In this document: positions 24,767 to 38,671 of the stretch, one piece after another | How the letters are laid out: every line of letters begins with the position of its first letter | Numbering within the stretch: position 1 is the stretch's first letter | Assembly: GCA_025786725.1 (NCBI GenBank) | Contig: JAHLTZ010000007.1 | Location: 310,001-374,000, forward strand | Reading direction: 5' to 3' | DNA from: Syncephalis fuscata S228 | Taxonomy: Eukaryota; Fungi; Zoopagomycota | DNA: 64,000 nt | Program-made: the position numbers and the translations under genes | Notes under the pieces: model-generated | The model's input: the letters and a program-made list of their open reading frames with translations, nothing else | Told to the model about the DNA's origin: nothing | Database searches by the model: none

Positions 24767-27700
24767 TAATACTCCGATACCACCCGGATTTGAGCAGTCT
24801 ACACTCATTCAAGGTCGCGCTAGCTCCGGTTTAATTACAGTAGCACCCAAAATCAATGGTGTTCCAGCCCATGTATTAATCGATTCTGGTGCATCCACCA
24901 ACTTTATGGATATTGAATTTGCCAAGAGGGCTCAAGTACATGTTACGAAACAAGCAAATTCAGCCAATGTAAAGTTGGGAAATGGTATGGAGTGCGGTGT
25001 ATCTGGTACTGCTAATAAAGTGCCTATTATTTTCAATTATCTGAAAGAACAAATTGATTTTACTATTATGAAATTGGGCAACTATAATGCAGTGCTGGGT
25101 ATGCCATGGCTAAGAAAACATGAAGCGCAAGTAGATTGGAAGACCGGTGTTATTAATTCTAATTGTAATTCAGCACCCAAAAGTACATTAGAAATTACCG
25201 ACAAAATTCAGCCTTCATTCATGTCAATAGAAGAAGTCGAGCAAACAGAAGCCAATGATATGATTTTATTAGCGATGATAAAAGAAAACAAAGAAAAAAA
25301 TGATACATCGTTAAATGGCCGTTACGCGCGATTGTTGGGTGAATTTGCCGATGTTGGACCAGAAGAATTACCACCTGGTTTACCACCAAAAAGAGACATT
25401 GATATACGTATCAATTTGGTGCCACATCAGCAGCCACCATTTCGGCCTACATACCATCTGGCAAAGAAAGAGTTAGACGAGTTGAAGAAACAGATCGATG
25501 ATTTGTTAGAAAAAGGCTTTATTAGGCCTAGTACATCACCATTTGGTGCACCTGTACTATTTGTGCGGAAGAAAGGAGGTGATTTACGTATGTGTGTGGA
25601 TTACAGAATGTTAAACGCACAAACAATTCGTGATCGTTATGCGTTGCCACTGATCGATGAATTATTCGATCAGTTACATGGGGCGAAAGTATTCTCAAAA
25701 ATAGATTTGAGAAGTGGATATCATCAAATAAGAGTAAATGAGGATGATATTCACAAAACAGCGTTTAGAACGCGCTATGGGCATTATGAGTGGACGGTGA
25801 TGGGATTTGGATTGACTAATGCACCGTCAGTATTTATGCGATTAATGCATAATGTATTTCATAAATTACTAGACAAGTGTGTAGTGGTATTTTTGGATGA
25901 TATTTTAATATTTAGTAAAAATCATACCGAACATGAGTGGCACTTACGGCAAGTGTTACAATTACTAAGAGAAAACAAATTATATGCCAAATTAAGCAAA
26001 TGTGAATTTGGTAAAGATGAGGTGGAATTTTTGGGACATATTGTTAGTGGCGATGGTATAAGACCACTACACGATAAAGTAATGGCTATTGCAAATTGGC
26101 CTATACCAAACAATCTGAAAGAACTGCGCTCTTTCCTCGGATTAACTGGCTATTATAGACGGTTTATTCGTGGATATGCTGATACTGCACGGCATTTAAG
26201 TCAATTGACTAAGAATGATGAGCCATTCACATGGGGAGATAATCAAAATACAGCATTTGACACACTACGTAATGCGATAGTTACAGCACCGGTATTGGCT
26301 ATACCAAATGTTAATGCACCATTTATCGTTACTACAGATGCATCTGATTATGCAATTGGTGCAGTATTATCACAAATAACCGATAATAATGAACATCCTG
26401 TTGCATTTATGTCACGTATATTACAGGCAGCCGAAAAGAATTATGCTACATACGATAAAGAAATGTTAGCTATTCTAGAAGCTACTAAGTTATGGCGCCC
26501 ATATCTTAGTTATGGCCATTTCGTAATATATACTGACCATGCACCGCTTACGCGCCTGTTTAAGCAAAAGGAAATGTCATCACGCCAAACGCGTTGGATT
26601 GAGCAGTTGCATCAATATGATTTTGATATCATATATAAGCCAGGCCGTGCTAATGTTGTAGCCGATGCATTATCACGACGTACATCGCCTAGTTATAACG
26701 CTATAAATGCTACAAATCTCTCTTTATTCCAACAGCGTGTTTTAGCTGGTTACGATCATGATGAACACTTTACAGGTGTAAAGAATGTTCTTATGGGAGG
26801 AAGGGCTGCAGGCAATGCTGCGGCAGTTAAAATTTCGCGACATTTTCGGCTTGATGATCATGGATTAATGTACGAGTTAAAAGACATTGAACCACGATTA
26901 TGCATACCAAATTACGATAATCTATATTTGGATATACTTAATGATCATCACGATGCAGCTGCTCACTTCGGCGAAGAAAAGACTATTGCAGCCATTAAGC
27001 GTAAATATTATTGGCCTGGATTGTCCAACATGACAAAGCGTTATATTAGGTCATGTGAAGTGTGCCAACGCACTAAACACTCCCAGCAGTTACCTGGTGG
27101 ACTATTACAACCACTTCAAATTCCGGAAGGACGTTGGCGCGATATTGCAATGGATTTTATAGTGCAATTGCCACGTACTAGTAGTGGTTATGATGCTATT
27201 TTTGTTGTAATCGACCGCTTTACTAAGCGCGCTCACTTCGTACCGATGAAGACGACAGCTACGGCTGTTGACGTTGCACAATTGTTCATGCAGAACATTG
27301 TACGTCTTCATGGCATGCCCCGCTCTATTGTATGCGACCGTGACGCCAAGTTTACCAGTAAATTTTGGCAAGAACTACATAAAATACTTAACGTACGTAT
27401 ATTTATGTCAACAGCATTTCATCCCGAAACAGATGGCCAAACAGAACGCGTAAACCGCACGCTAGAACAATTATTACGTACATGCGTTAACTATCAGCAA
27501 AATGACTGGGATCAACATTTAGCATTAGTTGAATTTGCGTACAATAATGCTAAGCAGTCATCAACTGGTAAATCGCCATTCTATACTGATTTGGGTAGCC
27601 ACCCCTACATGCCAGACGATTTAGTACGACAACACAACTTCGGCAACAAAACTAACGTGCAAAGTACTGCTGCATTCCTGCAAAAGATGAATGACATTTA

Positions 27701-28229
27701 TTTAGAAACACGCGAAGCGTTAAAGAAAGCACAAGAACGACAAAAACAATATGCAGATCAGAAACGAAGAGAAGTAGAATTTAAAGTTGACGATATGGTG
27801 CTGTTATCAACAAAGAATTTGACACCAGAAGCGGAACGTGAACGACCAAAACGTAAATTGGCTCATCAATTTACGGGACCATTTAAGGTCATTCAACGGG
27901 TATCGACTGTAGCGTACAAACTACAATTAGCACCTAACATGAAAATGCACAATGTGTTCCATGTTAGTCTGCTAAAGAAGTACGAAGAAAACCCGCCAGA
28001 GTTTATAGATCGTTACCCGCCACCGCCACCACCGGAAATAATAGATGGCAACGAAGAATACGAAGTAGAAAGCATATTAGCTAAACGGGTCAAACGCAAC
28101 AAAATAGAATATCTCGTTAAATGGAAAGGCTATGCGGAACATGATGCAACCTGGCAATCGTTACGTGACTTAGACAACGCATCAATACTAGTACAAGAGT
28201 ATGAAAAGCAACACCAGAGTCGGCGTTAA
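24708..28229 (+). CDS. pol: Pol: protease-RT-RNase H-integrase-chromodomain
   Basis: The frame is open upstream of the track's Met and contains LIDSGAS. RT FLDD, RNase H TDAS, HHCC, integrase core ([19 protein letters not shown]), GPF, chromodomain YEVESIL...YLVKWKGY. Confidence 0.95.
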   Translation, partial: GKRQPSVIKCGTLTDGQVAANTPIPPGFEQSTLIQGRASSGLITVAPKINGVPAHVLIDSGASTNFMDIEFAKRAQVHVTKQANSANVKLGNGMECGVSGTANKVPIIFNYLKEQIDFTIMKLGNYNAVLGMPWLRKHEAQVDWKTGVINSNCNSAPKSTLEITDKIQPSFMSIEEVEQTEANDMILLAMIKENKEKNDTSLNGRYARLLGEFADVGPEELPPGLPPKRDIDIRINLVPHQQPPFRPTYHLAKKELDELKKQIDDLLEKGFIRPSTSPFGAPVLFVRKKGGDLRMCVDYRMLNAQTIRDRYALPLIDELFDQLHGAKVFSKIDLRSGYHQIRVNEDDIHKTAFRTRYGHYEWTVMGFGLTNAPSVFMRLMHNVFHKLLDKCVVVFLDDILIFSKNHTEHEWHLRQVLQLLRENKLYAKLSKCEFGKDEVEFLGHIVSGDGIRPLHDKVMAIANWPIPNNLKELRSFLGLTGYYRRFIRGYADTARHLSQLTKNDEPFTWGDNQNTAFDTLRNAIVTAPVLAIPNVNAPFIVTTDASDYAIGAVLSQITDNNEHPVAFMSRILQAAEKNYATYDKEMLAILEATKLWRPYLSYGHFVIYTDHAPLTRLFKQKEMSSRQTRWIEQLHQYDFDIIYKPGRANVVADALSRRTSPSYNAINATNLSLFQQRVLAGYDHDEHFTGVKNVLMGGRAAGNAAAVKISRHFRLDDHGLMYELKDIEPRLCIPNYDNLYLDILNDHHDAAAHFGEEKTIAAIKRKYYWPGLSNMTKRYIRSCEVCQRTKHSQQLPGGLLQPLQIPEGRWRDIAMDFIVQLPRTSSGYDAIFVVIDRFTKRAHFVPMKTTATAVDVAQLFMQNIVRLHGMPRSIVCDRDAKFTSKFWQELHKILNVRIFMSTAFHPETDGQTERVNRTLEQLLRTCVNYQQNDWDQHLALVEFAYNNAKQSSTGKSPFYTDLGSHPYMPDDLVRQHNFGNKTNVQSTAAFLQKMNDIYLETREALKKAQERQKQYADQKRREVEFKVDDMVLLSTKNLTPEAERERPKRKLAHQFTGPFKVIQRVSTVAYKLQLAPNMKMHNVFHVSLLKKYEENPPEFIDRYPPPPPPEIIDGNEEYEVESILAKRVKRNKIEYLVKWKGYAEHDATWQSLRDLDNASILVQEYEKQHQSRR

Positions 28230-28243
28230 TCCAAGGGGGATGA

Positions 28244-28414
28244 TGTAACGATATTATATTCGTTACGGGAAATAATTGTATAATTTAAATATTATGCAAT
28301 TATTTTCCCACAACACCTTAAATTAAAGCTCCGCAAAGCTTATAAATAACACACAATTTCTGTTTAATAAAAGATAATCTTTATTCCATTATATCCTATT
28401 TTACGGTTGTTACA
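28244..28414 (+). repeat. 3' LTR
   Basis: Identical to the 5' LTR; followed by TSD AACAG. Confidence 0.95.
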
Positions 28415-28662
28415 AACAGCTACTATCAGGACTTTTACTAGTATTTAAAGGTTAAAAATACTACAAATACATAGACAATAAGATAGAAAAAAAGGTTGTT
28501 TTATTACAAGTTGTGTACCAATTGTATGATTTATATAGTCTTAGAGTAGCGTAATATATAGATACACTGCTAAAGCTAGTGCTTGTTTTTATATAGTAAA
28601 GCTGAAAGAATAGTAATGAAAATAATAAAATATTTGCTAAATGACAATAGGAAACAAACAAG

Positions 28663-30486
28663 TAAGCAAATATATTACTAATTGGCCATGTGACAACATA
28701 ATCGCTATTTAGATTGGTAAATGGTTAATGGTTGTATTAAGACGACAACTGCTTTATTAATAGATACATTTAGTAATGTGCACTAGTAGACACATCACTG
28801 TAATGTATAATAATGTGTAAAAAATGTAAAACTGGCCACAAAAGTAGCAATAGCTTTACATAGAATAAGTCAAATTGTATAGTATTTTGCACAAGTATTC
28901 ATATGATATATAGATAGCTATTGATAAAGTATACCGCAATTACATAGCGCGATAGTGTAATGGTAGTGATGATACGTTAATAAATGTGCAAAAATAGCAG
29001 TTTTTTACTGTTTATGGCTTGTATAAGTAAAATGCAGCAAAATAGTTGGCAGATTCGAGTTCCCCATGCTAAGCTGTACCGTTTGGTATAAGATTTAAAA
29101 CAATGATTTTGCAACAAATGTTAGTCAAAAATGCAGTTTACATTGTTTAAATACATATAGTAAAGCATCGATAATAATACGTATAACTTTACGTATAATA
29201 AAGCAAGTTGTCTGATACTTCGCATAAGTGTGTGTATAACATATAGGTAGCTATTGACAAAGTATACCGCAATTACATAGCGTGATAGTGTAATGGTAGC
29301 GATAATACGTTAATAAATGTGCAAAAATAGCGGCTTTTTACTATTTATGGCTTGTATAAGTAAAATGCAGCAAAATAGTTGGCAGATTCAAGTTCCCCAT
29401 GCTAAGCTGTACCGTTTGGTATAAAATTTAGAACAATGATTTTTTGCAACAAATGTTAGTCAAAAATACGATTTACATAAGTAGCTTAATGAAAATCTGC
29501 TATATGTAAATATATGGCATAACTTACTACTATATGTCGTTATTTATGCATAACAACTTATTATGCTTGTTTTAGTGTTGTAGAATGCTTTGAATTTACT
29601 TTAAGCCAAATTTAATTATTAGTATTAAATTGCTTGAAATTATAAAGTCTAGTCACTTTTTGTTAATTTATACGTAGACTGCATTTTTGACTAACATTTG
29701 TTGCAAAAATCATTGTTCTAAATTTTATACCGAACGGTACATCTTAGCATGGGGAACTCGAATCTGCCAACTATTTTGCTGCATTTTACTTATACAAGCC
29801 ATAAACAGTAAAAAACCGCTATTTTTGCACATTTATTAACGTATTATCGCTACCATTACACTATCACGCTATGTAATTGCGGTATACTTTGTCAATAGCT
29901 ACCTATATGTTATACACACACTTATGCGAAGTATCAGACAACTTGCTTTATTATACGTAAAGTTATACGTATTATTATCGATGCTTTACTATATGTATTT
30001 AAACAATGTAAACTGCATTTTTGACTAACATTTGTTGCAAAATCATTGTTTTAAATCTTATACCAAACGGTACATCTTAGCATGGGGAACTCGAATCTGC
30101 CAATTATTTTGCTGTATTTTAATTATACAAGCCATAAACAGTAAAAAACTGCTATTTTTGCACATTTATTAACGTATTATCACTACCATTACACTATCGC
30201 GCTATGTAATTGCGGTATACTTTATCAATAGCTATCTATATATCATATGAATACTTGTGCAAAATACTATACAATTTGACTTATTCTATGTAAAGCTATT
30301 GCTACTTTTGTGGCCAGTTTTAAATTTTTTACACATTATTATACATTACAATGATGTGTCTACTAGTGCACATCACTAAATGTATCTATTAATAAAGCAG
30401 TTGTCGTCTTAATACAACCATTAACCATTTACCAATCTAAATAGCGATTATGTTGTCACATGGCCAATTAGTAATATATCTGCTTA
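28663..30486. repeat. Foldback-like palindrome 2
   Basis: Arms 28663-29467 and 29683-30486 (~805 bp, near-perfect), built from the same ~334-bp unit as palindrome 1. Spacer 29468-29682 is the reverse complement of 16171-16385. Confidence 0.92.
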
Positions 30487-30889
30487 ATTATTACTATTAT
30501 CATTATTACTATTATACTAAGTAAATATTTAGTATATAAAGCAGGTTATTTTATTAATTAAATAAACATTATATTACATTCACATATTTTTATTGTTCAA
30601 GCTATCACGATAGTCAAAAAGTAGCTATTTTAATGGCAGCTGTGTACACGTTTGATTGCACGTGATTTTTTGCGGTATCTTTAAGCCGGTTACAGTGCGG
30701 AAAGTACATGTGGCGTTCCGGTAGAACGGTCGCGCTACTTTGGCCACCAGTATTTAAGTGACGTACTTGTGCTGTATTCGTTACACAATACTGCTTTAAC
30801 ATTTTGTTTATTCATTACACTTTTCCTGCTACTAGTTCGTCATCTATATAACTACGCGGAATTTACTGTTTTTATTCTACACTACCAAC

Positions 30890-32217
30890 ATGCTCCCTGC
30901 ACTACTTCGTAATACTGCTGTACGCGCCAGTATTGTCAATACAAACGTGTGCCGTGCATTTAGTGCGGCCGCGTCATCATCTGAAGGTGGCGTTAGTTTT
31001 AACCTGTCTGAAGATCAACGTGCCATCCAAGAGCTAGCTCGCAACTTTGCAGCTGAAGAGATCATACCAAAAGCGCGTCATCACGATATTACTGGCGAAT
31101 ATCCTATGGAGATTATTAAGAAAGCATGGGCACTTGGTCTTGTTAATACGCATGTACCGCAAGAGTGTGGCGGTCTTGGTCTTGGCGTGTTCGATTCGAG
31201 CTTAGTGACGGAAGAGCTAGCATATGGTTGTAGTGGCATTCAAACAGCCATAGAAGGCAACAATCTGGCTCAAGCACCAGTTGTATTGGCTGGCAATGAG
31301 GCGCAGCAGCGCAAGTATCTTGGACGTATGACGGAAGAGCCATTGATGTGCGCATACTGCGTGACCGAACCAAGTGCTGGCTCTGATGTTGCAGGCGCCA
31401 AAACACGCGCCGAAAAGCAGGGCGACCACTGGATACTTAACGGCCAAAAGATGTGGATTACTAATGGCGGCAAGGCCAATTGGTACTTTGTATTAGCACG
31501 TACCGATGCAAAAGCAAGCACTGGCAAAGCATTTACTGGCTTTATTGTGGATGCTGACTCGCCAGGTATTACTGTAGGCCGCAAGGAAATCAATATGGGC
31601 CAACGTGCCAGTGATACGCGTGGTATTACATTTGAGAATGTTAAAATACCCGATGAGAATCGGTAAGTTTATTTGCTTGGATGTTTGCTTATAAATACTG
31701 AATAGTTTCACTGAATAAAACATTTATTAGGTTGGGCGAAGTTGGCCAAGGCTTTAAGATTGCCATGGGTGCATTCGATATTACTCGCCCGTTAGTTGCA
31801 GCCGGTGCGGTTGGTCTTGCTCGTCGCTGCTTGGACGAATCGACACGCTATGCACTGGAGCGACGCACCATGGGTCAACCTATCATTCAGCATCAGGCCA
31901 TTCAATTTATGCTAGCTGATATGAGCATTGGTATTGAGTCGGCTCGTATGATGGTGTGGCGTTCTGCTTGGTTGCGTGACCAAGGAAAACGCAACACGTA
32001 TTACGCTTCAATTGCTAAAGCATTAGCAAGTGAAGTGGCCAATAAGTCTGCAGCCGATGCCGTGCAGATATTTGGCGGCAACGGCTTTAACACTGAGTAC
32101 CCGGTTGAAAAGCTAATGCGTGATGCTAAAATTTTTATGATCTACGAAGGAACAAGTCAGATCCAGCGTCTGGTCATTAGTCGCTTTATTGCGGAAGCTG
32201 CCGCTTCTAAATCTTAA
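30890..32217 (+). CDS. Medium-chain acyl-CoA dehydrogenase, mitochondrial
   Basis: Exons 30890-31662 and 31731-32217; [43 protein letters not shown]; N-terminal targeting-like peptide. Confidence 0.95.
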
Positions 32218-35200
32218 ATCATTATTATAATAAAGTAGCAGTCGATTATGTACAGCTTATTAATTGTCGTTTGTCTATGACATGTATGAATCATTGACGC
32301 ATAAACGATTAATAAAACAAAGTTCTATTGTTAATATAAAGTACGCAATACGGTCAAAATGATACACCGACATTACTTCATTCAATACTTGTTTGTATAA
32401 AGGCGACTAATAATATCAATGAAAAGTATATATGATAATTATAGGTAGGATAGGCACTGAGTGCAATACAATAAGTGGCACATTTAATGATGATTTAAAT
32501 GACTCTATCATTTGTTTATCGATTGTTTGATTAAAACGTTTGCTTGTCTAATGCAGATAAATATAATTTTTATTTAGTATACAAACCATTGTACCATTGT
32601 TCCATCTTCTATAATATAGTAAAAGTTGGTATGTATTGGAATATACTGGCTTTAGTATCAATTAGCTTTTTAATACATTCGCTATTATACTGAAACTATG
32701 CTCTATGATAATAAGTAGTTTTGATGTCAATTGACATTATTATTATCAATTCACTTATATTAACAACACAACGTATAATCTACGTCACTATTTTTTTTAC
32801 ACTTGACAGTATATATCCACAGCATATACTTTTACATACCATATATGCTACACAAATGGTATCGATAATAATCTAACTATTAGTTAAATTCGAACACTTT
32901 CTACATTAATCTCTTGCAAATTACTTTCATCACTTCGATTATTGACGTTATCATCTTTATTGATACAACAAGTACATTTCTAGCTTGTTTTTATGTTATG
33001 TTGAGTATACGATGTAAAATCTCATTTTATACTTTGCTCTTACTATAAATTGCTCTTACTATTCATTTAGCAACAACATTGCAATTTCAACATTGGCAGT
33101 GCGATTTGTTACTACAAACTGAAAAAACCGTTGTTAGTACGATCTGCAGTGACAATCTATGATAAATTAGAAAATAAGGCAGCTTTGGCAACATGTAGTC
33201 TGTATGCTATATACTAGTATATGTGCTTATATATGATTGTAATAAGTAATAAGTTAATATTAAATTGCTAAATATCATGATTCATTGTTCTATTACAATT
33301 AGTATATAAGTAAATGGTAATAGCAACAATATTAATCTATATTATTGTTGTTACTGTAAAGTATGCAAAAAATTATATTTCAAATTCCTATGCCACTCAT
33401 CGTTCAGCTTCATGTTCAATAAACGAATGTTTAGTTTGATAAAATATAATATTATTTAATGTAGTAATTTGACCATTAAATCATACTAAGTTGCTAATGA
33501 ATTGTAATAAAAGGCATAAATAAAAAAATCATTGATGTTATTGTCTGCATAGATAGTGTATAAATGTATTAAATGGAATTGTAATCTAGCTATTTAAGTA
33601 TCAATAGCTTTCCAATCAAATAAATAATGACTGTTTAATCTTAAAACAAATACCAAGCATAACATTAAATAAACAACAGCAAAAGTTATTATCATAAGAT
33701 GCTGTTACTTTAATAAACACGCCATATATTTCTTTATTGAAATCATTTCAGTTCAATGTAAATACATACATCTCTTTGTTGCCACTATCACATTATTTAT
33801 TTAACCAATACATTTAACAAACGTGCAATAACAATACCAATTAACACTTGACTGGATAAAAATCAAATGAATATATTCCCCTCCATTTGGAAAACCATGC
33901 CAAGCGATGACACCAACAACAACGTGTAATACTGCTGTTGATACTTGTGCCAATAAAGGCAATAATTGGTATTGTAAACTACATGCAAAAATGATAAAAG
34001 GTGTTGATAAGTGCAGTCCAGATATATTTGTTGATTTGGCACAAAGATTTAAATGATTATAGCAAGTATTTGTTAGTAATAAAATACTTACATCTGGTTG
34101 ATTGTTGTTCGTATATAAGTTATAAAACACATTTAAAATAATTCTTCTGTTGTTTGGATATTGCTATTATCTGTTATGCAATACTATAAATAAATGTAAA
34201 AGTTGTTAAAAATTGTTAAAAGTTGTTAATCATGATGATCAGCTAATATAGAAACTATGCGTCCACCTGGAATACTGGCAATACTACGACTTGGGCGTAA
34301 GTAACAGTTGTCAGAAGCACATAGCCCTATACTAGCTTCCTATCAGGATGACAATACGGTTTATTAAACGATATGATATGCAGCAATAAACATCACTGGA
34401 CTACTGGTTCACCCAATTGTAGCTAGTGTGTAAAGCTAAGCGTATAAACACCGCTGCATACTACAATTAAAAACGAATATTGCCAAATGCTGCAGCATTA
34501 TTAAATGGTTACAACATAATAGCTAATCTTTACCACGCTGTAACCAACTGCAGAAATACCATTAACAATCCGCGCAGAAGTTCTAGCACAAGGTGGCTCT
34601 TTCATAACACTGCGGTAGCGACGCGGCATTTTATCCGATATTTGAGACTAGTATTATGTTGCACTTCATTTAATAACGCCCACAAGTAAACAGTAAACGA
34701 CATGTAATTGTCTACAAAGATGATTACATATCACATCTGGCCTAGTGTGTGATGATAGTGTTCAGCAAGTCGGAAACCGCTACACACCTCCAGCGCGCGT
34801 TTAAAACAAGTGGGCACTAGCGTATGGCCACCCATTACAGGTGCGCCGCATCGGCATGAGGTGAGTTACAACAGCGATATTTAACTTGCTAAATATCGCT
34901 GCCGAAACCCCAAAAGTTCCACATGCATCCGCACTACACTAGTATACATTCGCCTATTACAGGCAACCATACAATATTAATCTTAGTATAATGCAATAGT
35001 CTGCAATATCGCATTATACATACAATACTGCCCACAAGCAGTACACAGTATTCCATGGTCAACCAACAAGGGGACCACACACCACTGGATGTGACTACTA
35101 TTCCTGATGCATACCATTAACAAACAGCTTACAGTATATTAACAACTGGAAACAGGAGAAGGCGAGGTAATGAGCAAAAGTAATTATTGCACACCTTTAT

Positions 35201-36185
35201 GAGTTTGGTCTAAGACATGCCTACCAATTAGAATGCATAATATTGGTAAATAGTACGTGGTAGCTGCTCATTGGCGTATTGCAACTGACTGAAACCTTCT
35301 AATGTCAGATACCATCTTATCAGTATATTGGATTATAATCCCTTCCTTATTTCCATATTTGCTCACTTTTTGCCTTCCATTTGCCGGTCATTTCCGCGCA
35401 TAATCAGCATATCTACACTGGCTAGTTGAATCAATTGGCCAATGCAACTGAAACATAGCCAAATACAACCATTCTTAATCAGTTGTACCACTATAATAGC
35501 GGCTCTTTCCGATGCTATCAATATTTTCAGGGTCTAGCGGGTATTTTCACTTTCCCCAAGTATTCTTGCCATTTGGCACGCAATTAGATTAATCGATCCA
35601 CACAATTTATTACTGTATTAGTTAAATAAAAATGACTACTTTTCTTTAGAAATATGGTCTATAAATAATTCACCGATTGAGTTTCAATGCTACTAAATAG
35701 AAATAAAATACACGTTGTTCATATTACATTACAAAGTCCGTTAAAGTTATGAAGTAAAAGCAGGAATAAACACGTAACCATATCGACTGCAAAGGCCAAC
35801 ATGAAAACCAGTATGATGTGGCACATGCATGCTTAGCCAAGTGACTATGCAAATACCGATGTGTGCAATAGTTTGCTATACAGCTTAGGACTGAGCTATA
35901 GCATCAGTAAGCAGAACATACTACAGCGGATGTAGAATTAGTGTATATGTACAATAAAGTATTATTATTTTATTACTTTCAATACTGACTGATATTATAC
36001 TATTATAAGCGTATTTAAGTCGATTCAATTTATTGTTACAATTGTCTAAAAAACAGATGGCACTATTTAACGTGGGCCAAACATATATTTTGTTTTAAGC
36101 ATTGTCGCTATTGCACTTTCATCTTTTGTTTCTTTGCTTTTAACAATTACTCATTTCCATTGTTTTTACTTGATATCTTACAATC

Positions 36186-38671
36186 ATGAATCCTTCAAAC
36201 GAGCAACAAGCGGCGACTCCAGCTTCTGAGTCCACCTCCTCAAACTCACGCTCAGCCTCGCCTGTCGCGGCTCTTTCTACCGCCACATTGCCATCAGGCC
36301 TTTTAGGCAATGGCAAAGCATTCTACGCAAAGATTCCGGTTTGCTGGGATGCTTTGACGCAAGAAGAGCGCAATAGCGCTGTAGGCTGGCTTGAAGTATA
36401 TGGAGAAGAGCCTCAAGGTATGTTGGAATGATACTAAACGTATATGTATCTAAATAATAGCTGCTTAGAATTCATTTTGATGGCTAACCAAGAGTTCATT
36501 GTTGGTGCCGACCAACAGTGGTAAGTAACAATAAACTTATGTATAGTAGCAAACTAACAATATGCCAAATCTTCAATAGTGACTACCAGTTAAGTGTGGC
36601 TGATATGCCACAGGTCTGCTTTGCAGTATCGGCAGTAAGTATATCATACACTTTAATAACTAATCATTAACTATGAATCATCATAGGACCATACAACAGT
36701 CTCATGCACGGTAAGTAATAACTATTTAACATTTTTATTACTAACTAGTAAATTAGAACATGGGATTGCCGACTTTAATGAGTAAGTTTTAATAAGTAAT
36801 AGAAATCAAATTATTAACGTTTAATTTAGTGAATAATCATGAGGTAGTTCAAAATGAAGTAGATCAAGATAAAGATAAATGCTTCATTAAGATTCCAGGC
36901 TGCAAAAGTAAGTACCGATTGTTTAATATCATTGCTATTAACAACATTTATTGCAGCTACATTTACGGCTTATAATCTTAAACTGGCTATCAGCTCGCCA
37001 GAAGAATATAATTTAAATTATATTTTAGTAAGTTTACAAATGCAATTAGATAGTAAAATAACACACATATTGCTACCATAGAACGTTCATTCTTATTATG
37101 AAATTACGAGCGATGCTCTTGGGCAGTAAGTATTTAGACCAGTAAGACAACTAGGTAGCTAACTATTTATAACAGCGGCTCCTTTGGCACGGTGCATCTA
37201 GCATTGAATCGCAACACAGGCCAACGTGTTGCGGTTAAGGTCTCATTACACCGTAATAATGAAGACCGCATTGCAAATGAGCTTGCCGCCTTACGTAGCG
37301 TAAGAAACGACACTCATTTCGCAACGTTGCTAGATCAAATAGGCACTCCCAACAAAATGTACTTGATTCTTAAGTACATGGCCGGCGGCGATCTGGCTGG
37401 CTACGTCAGCCGCCATGGACCTCTTCCAGAGATGGAAGTAAAACATATCTTTAAGCAGCTATTCGAAGGTGCTCAGGTAAGTACTACTACAATTAATAAT
37501 TAAAATACTAATACTGCATTAGATTTTACACAATCTGAATATTGCTCATGGCGGTAAGTAAACATGCATTTATATTACAATTATTAATTATGGCTGTTAT
37601 TATCACATAATTAGACATCAAGGTAATTTATTTATTTAACATTATGCAGCATTGCTAACAATCAAATAGCCACGCAATATATTGTTAGCTGCAGACTGTG
37701 AGCGCCCTGAAGTCGTGTATACGGACTTTGGGGAAGCCCAGTTTATAGATTCTCATATGCCGTATGTTTATTGCGGCACCGTGCCATACATAGCACCCGA
37801 GGTGGTGTTGGCATCAATTATGCGACAAAATCTATTGTCAATTGCACTAGGCGACGAGGATAATGAGTTTCGCAACCAGCTAAACTCGTCAACTGTCAGT
37901 GGGTATGGCACCCCCATTGACATGTGGAGCCTAGGCGTAATGCTCTACGAGTTGGTAACAGGTAAGTGCAAACAAAACAAAATGTCATACTAACTATTTT
38001 ATGCTGCAATTAGGCCATTATCCTTATAATAATCGGCATGGCGTTTTTGGATACATGAAGAATGTATTGACAACGACGCTTAATGTGGAGCAGACAAATC
38101 AACTCAGCAATGAAGGTAAGTTGAATATTTATTTACTAACAATAGCTAACATTGCGCAGCTATTGATTTGATAACGCGGCTACTGACCATTGATAGTAGC
38201 ACGCGTTATACAGCAGAAGACGCGCTGGTTTGCCACTGGTTTGATGAGAAGGAGCAAGTGGATGCAGATGCACCACTTAATGTCGTTTCTTTAAATGAAG
38301 AAGAACCAGAAGCATCAACGGCATCACCACCACCACCAATGACACCAACAACAACACCACCACCAACGACACCACCACCACCAATAACACCAATAACAAC
38401 ACCAATAACAACACCAATAACAACACCATCACCAATAACAACACCAACACCAACACTACCAATAACAACGCCAACACCAATGCCATCACCACCGCCACCA
38501 ACAACAACACAAGCAGCATTTGGGCCAACAACAAAGAAGCAGCGGCTAGCGCCTAAGCTTTTACAGCGACGCCGCCTAAAGCGCCAATGCTACTCAAAAT
38601 ACAAATCACAAGGTGCTGCCAAACGGTCAATTCCCTTCCGAAAATGCCGCCTCAATAAAGGTGCATATTAG
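36186..38671 (+). CDS. Intron-rich CAMK-type Ser/Thr kinase with degenerate FHA-like N-terminus (Chk2/Mek1/Dun1-like)
   Basis: About 14 exons; GSFGTV, VAVK, HGDIKPRNILL (spans 3 exons), DFG, CGTVPYIAPE, DMWSLGV; Pro/Thr repeat and basic tail. Confidence 0.75.

Larger units (their letters stand above)
23400..28414 (+). mobile_element. Full-length Ty3/gypsy chromovirus LTR retrotransposon
   Basis: Identical 171-bp TG...CA LTRs (23400-23570, 28244-28414), 5-bp TSD AACAG on both sides, PBS, PPT AAGGGGGATGA (28233-28243), intact gag and pol. Confidence 0.97.

Noticed and set aside
34872-34901. Hairpin CAGCGATATTTA...TAAATATCGCTG as a Helitron end or terminator
   Set aside because: No correctly spaced CTRR end or other supporting context.
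38277-38534. Leu/Val-rich membrane-like ORF
   Set aside because: Antisense shadow of the kinase Pro/Thr (ACC/ACA) repeat.
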